DNA of 64,000 bases, taken from the NCBI RefSeq assembly GCF_048403405.1, contig NZ_CP183129.1; one strand, 5' to 3'. The stretch is from Escherichia coli (GTDB lineage Bacteria; Pseudomonadota; Gammaproteobacteria; Enterobacterales; Enterobacteriaceae). Made by a program: the position numbers and the translations under genes. Shown here piece by piece: positions 59,299 through 64,000 of the stretch. Each line of letters opens with the position of its first letter. Position 1 is the first letter of the stretch. Below the pieces are notes generated by a model, which was not told the DNA's origin, did no database searches, and was given only the letters and a program-made list of their open reading frames with translations.

Positions 59299-59727
59299 AT
59301 GTACAAAACAATCATCATGCCAGTGGATGTTTTCGAAATGGAATTGAGCGACAAAGCGGTTCGCCACGCTGAATTCCTCGCCCAGGATGACGGAGTTATT
59401 CATCTACTTCACGTACTACCGGGGTCAGCCAGCCTGAGCCTGCACCGTTTTGCCGCTGATGTGCGTCGTTTTGAAGAGCATCTGCAACATGAAGCAGAAG
59501 AACGTCTGCAAACGATGGTCAGCCACTTCACCATCGATCCTTCCCGCATTAAGCAACATGTCCGTTTTGGTAGCGTGCGGGATGAAGTCAATGAGTTGGC
59601 AGAAGAACTGGGGGCTGATGTTGTAGTTATCGGTTCTCGCAACCCATCGATTTCGACCCATCTGTTAGGTTCTAACGCCTCGAGCGTGATCCGCCACGCC
59701 AATCTGCCGGTGCTGGTTGTGCGTTAA
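59299..59727 (+). CDS. uspG: Universal stress protein G
   Basis: 142 aa from [11 protein letters not shown] with AAGGAGAG RBS; ORF-track N-terminal extension rejected. Confidence 0.9.
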   Translation: MYKTIIMPVDVFEMELSDKAVRHAEFLAQDDGVIHLLHVLPGSASLSLHRFAADVRRFEEHLQHEAEERLQTMVSHFTIDPSRIKQHVRFGSVRDEVNELAEELGADVVVIGSRNPSISTHLLGSNASSVIRHANLPVLVVR

Positions 59728-59847
59728 TTGCCAGAATAAATATCCCGCCCTGCCCGGAGCCATCCCGGCGGGGCTTTTTATTGCCATAAAAAAGCCGCCA
59801 GGTTTGACCCCGGCGGCTAAGCAATTGCAGGTGAATCTTACTTCTTC

Positions 59848-61413
59848 TTATGCTGTTTTGGTGCGAATCAGGTAGTCAAAAGCACTCAGAGAGGCTTTGG
59901 CACCTTCGCCAGTGGCGATGATGATCTGCTTGTACGGAACCGTTGTACAGTCACCCGCTGCGAACACGCCTTTCACGTTGGTTTCGCATTTCGCATCAAT
60001 GATAATCTCACCCATGCGGTTACGTTCGACTGCGCCTTCCAGCCAGTTGGTGTTCGGCAGCAGACCAATCTGGACGAAAATACCGGCCAGTTCGATGTTG
60101 TGAATATCGCCGCTGACACGATCGCGATATTCCAGACCAACGACTTTGCTGCCGTCGCCTTTCACTTCCGTGGTTTGCGCATTCAGAATAATTTCGACGT
60201 TTTTCAGGCTGCGCAGTTTGTCCTGCAGAACCTGGTCGGCTTTCATTTCTGGCGCAAATTCCAGCAGCGTTACGTGCTCAACGATACCCGCCAGGTCGAT
60301 TGCCGCTTCCACGCCGGAGTTACCGCCGCCGATAACCGCTACGCGTTTGCCTTTAAACAGCGGGCCGTCGCAGTGCGGGCAGTAGGTCACGCCTTTGGTG
60401 CGATACTGATCTTCGCCCGGAACGTTCATGTTGCGCCATTTTGCACCGGTCGCCACGATAATGCTGCGTGCTTTCAGTACCGCGCCAGAAGCTGTTTCAA
60501 TCTGATGCAGGCCGCCTTCAACCGCTGCCGGGATCAGTTTGCTGGCGCTCTGGCTGTCGATCACATCAACGTCGTATTCATCAACGTGAACTTTCAGCGC
60601 ACCTGCCAGTTTCTGGCCTTCGGTCTTCGGTACAGAAATGTAGTTTTCGATATCAACGGTATCGAGGATCTGACCACCAAAACGTTCGCCCATCAGACCG
60701 GTACGGATGCCTTTACGTGCGGAGTAAATTGCTGCCGCTGCGCCCGCCGGGCCGGAACCGACGATTAATACGTCATAAGCATCACGCTTGTTCAGCTCTT
60801 CTGCCGCACGTTTTTCCGCGCCAGTATCAATTTTGGCGACGATTTCAGTCAACGTCATGCGACCCTGACCAAACTCTTTCCCGTTTACGAACACTGCCGG
60901 AACGCCCATCACGTTGCGATCGGTGATTTCGTTCTGGAAGGTGCCGCCGTCAATTGCAGTGTGCTTGATGCGCGGGTTCAGTACGCTCATCAGGTTCAGC
61001 GCCTGCACCACATCCGGGCAGTTGTGGCAAGAGAGCGAGTAATAGGTTTCGAATTCAAAATCACCGTCAATATGGCGAATCTGCTCCAGCAGAGACTGCG
61101 CTTCTTTCGACGGATGACCACCTGTCCACAGCAACGCCAGTACCAGCGAGGTAAACTCGTGGCCCAGCGGGGAGCCTGCAAAACGTGGCCCCTGGTTGGA
61201 ACCTGGGTTGGTGATCAGGAAAGACGGCTTACGCACTGGCAAGCTGTTATCTTCTTTAAAGGTGACTTTGTCTGACAGTTCTGCGATTTCAGCCAACAGT
61301 TCCTTGATTTCTGCCGATTTAGCGCTGTCATCCAGCGTGGCAATTAACTCAACAGGCTTGGTCAATTTCTCAAGGTAAGCCTTGAGTTGAGTTTTCATAT
61401 TTGTGTCGAGCAT
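59848..61413 (-). CDS. ahpF: Alkyl hydroperoxide reductase subunit F
   Basis: 521 aa from MLDTNMKTQ; CxxC redox motifs (CHNCP, CPHCDG); FAD/NAD-binding motifs. Confidence 0.95.
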   Translation of the reverse strand: MLDTNMKTQLKAYLEKLTKPVELIATLDDSAKSAEIKELLAEIAELSDKVTFKEDNSLPVRKPSFLITNPGSNQGPRFAGSPLGHEFTSLVLALLWTGGHPSKEAQSLLEQIRHIDGDFEFETYYSLSCHNCPDVVQALNLMSVLNPRIKHTAIDGGTFQNEITDRNVMGVPAVFVNGKEFGQGRMTLTEIVAKIDTGAEKRAAEELNKRDAYDVLIVGSGPAGAAAAIYSARKGIRTGLMGERFGGQILDTVDIENYISVPKTEGQKLAGALKVHVDEYDVDVIDSQSASKLIPAAVEGGLHQIETASGAVLKARSIIVATGAKWRNMNVPGEDQYRTKGVTYCPHCDGPLFKGKRVAVIGGGNSGVEAAIDLAGIVEHVTLLEFAPEMKADQVLQDKLRSLKNVEIILNAQTTEVKGDGSKVVGLEYRDRVSGDIHNIELAGIFVQIGLLPNTNWLEGAVERNRMGEIIIDAKCETNVKGVFAAGDCTTVPYKQIIIATGEGAKASLSAFDYLIRTKTA

Positions 61414-61583
61414 GTTTATCTCCTGGGCTTTAAACATCATCATGCAAGCGGCCTCTGCGGCTACCTGGATGCAGCTTGCATCATGGTGCGGGGAAGAAAA
61501 TCGGGTGCCGTAGCACCCGAAGAATTAGGTGAATTTCCGAAGTATTTCGCGCCGGAGTTGGTAGCGCGAAAGACGAAGGAAAT

Positions 61584-62147
61584 TTAGATTTTACCAACCA
61601 GGTCCAGAGACGGAGCCAGAGTTGCTTCACCTTCTTTCCATTTAGCCGGGCAAACTTCACCTGGGTGAGAAGCTACGTACTGTGCTGCTTTGATTTTACG
61701 CAGCAGGTCAGACGCGTCACGGCCAATGCCTTCAGCGGTAACTTCGATTGCCTGGATGATACCCTGCGGGTCAACAACGAAGGTCGCACGGTCAGCCAGA
61801 CCTTCATCTTCACGCATGTTGTCGAAGTTACGGGTCAGGGCGCCAGTCGGGTCGCCGATCATCGCATATTTGATTTTAGCGATGGTTTCAGAGCTGCTGT
61901 GCCATGCTTTGTGGGTGAAGTGAGTATCGGTAGATACTGCGTATACGTCTACGCCCAGTTTCTGCAGTTCTTCGTAGTGGTCAGCAACGTCACCCAGTTC
62001 GGTCGGGCATACGAAAGTAAAGTCAGCCGGGTAGAAAAAGAAGACGCTCCAGCGGCCTTCGGTATCTTTTTCGGTGATTTCGATGAATTCGCCGTTTTTG
62101 AATGCCTGGTTTTTAAAAGGTTTAATTTTGGTGTTAATCAAGGACAT
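61584..62147 (-). CDS. ahpC: Alkyl hydroperoxide reductase subunit C (peroxiredoxin)
   Basis: 187 aa; peroxidatic Cys in FTFVCPTE and resolving Cys near the C-terminus. Confidence 0.96.
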   Translation of the reverse strand: MSLINTKIKPFKNQAFKNGEFIEITEKDTEGRWSVFFFYPADFTFVCPTELGDVADHYEELQKLGVDVYAVSTDTHFTHKAWHSSSETIAKIKYAMIGDPTGALTRNFDNMREDEGLADRATFVVDPQGIIQAIEVTAEGIGRDASDLLRKIKAAQYVASHPGEVCPAKWKEGEATLAPSLDLVGKI

Positions 62148-62518
62148 CTATACTTCCTCCGTGTTTTCGATGAGATGTAAGGTAACCAATTTTTGCCGAT
62201 TCGGCTAATGCGTTTCCATTATCAAATCGATAAGTTTTACCTTACAACCTTCGTAAGACAACTTTGTGAACTTTGCACCGCCAGCGGCGATAAAAAGTAA
62301 AATGGCCCCCTTTCCAGGTGACCGTGTAATCTGAACTACCCTTTGGTATCTTCAGCGCCTGCCTGCAGGCTGAGGTGTTGCCCTTACAAATGCAACAACG
62401 ACATGGATTACAACACCCTCATAAACAAAGGGCAATCACCTGATCTAAGCTCTTACCTATGACAGTGATAGGTTATGCCTTTTACCCGACTTTTGCACTG
62501 ACTGAAAAGGACAAATTA
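62148..62518. promoter_or_regulatory. Divergent ahpC / dsbG promoter region (expected OxyR-dependent control of ahpC)
   Basis: Intergenic region between divergent ahpC and dsbG. OxyR regulation is known for this locus, but I did not locate the site with confidence. Confidence 0.4.
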
Positions 62519-63265
62519 ATGTTAAAAAAGATACTTTTACTGGCTCTGCTTCCTGCAATCGCCTTCGCAGAGGAACTTCCTGATCCAGTAAAAGCGATTG
62601 AAAAACAGGGTATTACGATCATCAAAACATTCGATGCTCCCGGAGGAATGAAAGGTTATCTCGGAAAGTATCAGGATATGGGCGTCACCATCTACCTAAC
62701 TCCAGATGGTAAGCACGCTATCTCCGGTTACATGTACAACGAGAAAGGTGAAAACCTGAGTAACACACTTATCGAAAAAGAAATTTACGCACCAGCCGGA
62801 CGCGAAATGTGGCAACGGATGGAACAATCCCACTGGCTCCTCGACGGTAAAAAAGACGCGCCGGTCATTGTCTACGTCTTCGCCGATCCGTTCTGCCCAT
62901 ATTGTAAACAGTTCTGGCAGCAGGCTCGCCCGTGGGTTGATTCTGGCAAAGTGCAATTAAGAACATTGTTGGTTGGCGTTATCAAGCCAGAAAGCCCGGC
63001 GACAGCAGCGGCAATTCTTGCCTCCAAAGATCCCGCAAAAACCTGGCAAGAATATGAAGCCTCTGGTGGCAAGCTTAAGCTAAACGTGCCTGCAAACGTA
63101 AGTACAGAGCAAATGAAAGTGTTAAGCGACAACGAAAAACTCATGGACAATCTGGGGGCAAATGTCACACCAGCTATCTACTACATGAGTAAGGAAAATA
63201 CGCTGCAACAGGCCGTGGGGTTGCCCGATCAGAAAACGCTTAATATCATTATGGGGAATAAATAA
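62519..63265 (+). CDS. dsbG: Periplasmic thiol:disulfide interchange protein DsbG
   Basis: 248 aa from [17 protein letters not shown] (signal peptide); CPYC active site. Confidence 0.92.
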   Translation: MLKKILLLALLPAIAFAEELPDPVKAIEKQGITIIKTFDAPGGMKGYLGKYQDMGVTIYLTPDGKHAISGYMYNEKGENLSNTLIEKEIYAPAGREMWQRMEQSHWLLDGKKDAPVIVYVFADPFCPYCKQFWQQARPWVDSGKVQLRTLLVGVIKPESPATAAAILASKDPAKTWQEYEASGGKLKLNVPANVSTEQMKVLSDNEKLMDNLGANVTPAIYYMSKENTLQQAVGLPDQKTLNIIMGNK

Positions 63266-63473
63266 AAGATAATTCATGGATGGTTGAAATATATCCCTGT
63301 TTTTCAACCATCCTAAAAAAGCATGAATTGCTCGCTCTGCCCTAAGTGGCTGTGCTATTTTAGAAAAACTTAACTCTGAGTTAAGCAAAAAAACATAATA
63401 CAAATAAATACAACAGCAACATTATTGAACAAATGAATGATTTATAGAAGAGATAATATAACGGAGTATGTTA

Positions 63474-64000
63474 TGGCGAATCTTTATGACCTAAAAAAAT
63501 TTGATCTGAATTTACTGGTCATATTTGAGTGCATTTATCAACACCTCAGCATTAGCAAAGCAGCAGAATCATTATATATAACGCCATCTGCCGTTAGTCA
63601 GTCGTTACAACGTTTACGTGCGCAATTTAATGACCCGTTATTCATTCGCTCAGGGAAAGGTATCGCGCCGACTACGACAGGGTTAAATCTGCATCATCAT
63701 CTTGAGAAAAATCTCAGAGGCATTGAACAAACGATCAATATTGTTAATAAGTCTGAGCTAAAGAAAAATTTTATTATCTACGGCCCTCAGCTTATTTCTT
63801 GTACTAATAACAACATGCTAATCCGCTGTCTTAGACAAGATACTTCAATCGATATAGAATGCCATGACATACTGCTTTCAGCTGAAAATGCCGAAGAACT
63901 GTTGGTTCAACGCAAAACTGACCTGGCAATTACACTACAACCAGTAATTAGCCGCTCTGTCATCTGCATGCCGTTACATACTATTCGCAATTCTCTTATA
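63474..64000 (+). CDS. ybdO: LysR-family transcriptional regulator, N-terminal part (continues beyond window)
   Basis: ATG at 63474 opens a frame with LysR HTH (ITPSAVSQSLQRLR) running to the window end. Confidence 0.75.

Noticed and set aside
60100-60926. Plus-strand ORFs of 222 and 152 aa inside ahpF
   Set aside because: Antisense to ahpF; Cys/Arg-rich artefactual translation.

Overview
This window reads as an Escherichia coli-type chromosomal backbone, in reverse-complement orientation relative to the usual K-12 map. All gene identifications rest on reading the supplied ORF translations and the nucleotide sequence; no database search was run. From left to right it carries: a nagE-adjacent accessory cluster (1-5226), nagE, nagBACD, asnB, the seven-tRNA operon metT-leuW-glnU-glnW-metU-glnV-glnX, a 194-aa AT-rich membrane ORF, ubiF, miaB-ybeZ-ybeY-corC-lnt, gltIJKL, rihA, ybeL, leuS-lptE-holA-nadD-cobC, rsfS-rlmH-mrdA-mrdB-rlpA, dacA, ybeD-lipB, ybeF, lipA, tatE, ybeM, crcB, cspE, pagP, dcuC, dpiBA, citCDEFXGT, rna, rnk, uspG, ahpCF, dsbG and the start of ybdO. 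The most interesting part is the first 5.2 kb, where glnS would be expected next to nagE. Instead there is a co-directional cluster of an Fe-alcohol-dehydrogenase (truncated by the window edge), a DHDPS/NanA-family aldolase, a TerC/YgdQ-like membrane protein, a cytoplasmic BNR/Asp-box sialidase-like protein, a YhcH/NanQ-family protein and a permease. I read this as a non-canonical sialic-acid-like or sugar-acid catabolic island; that is inference, not a demonstrated function. A second accessory feature is the low-GC 194-aa membrane ORF wedged between the tRNA operon and ubiF. Relative to my recollection of K-12, the ybeQ-to-hscC block and ybdR appear absent and ybeM appears intact. No CRISPR array, IS element, integrase or recognisable defence system is visible.
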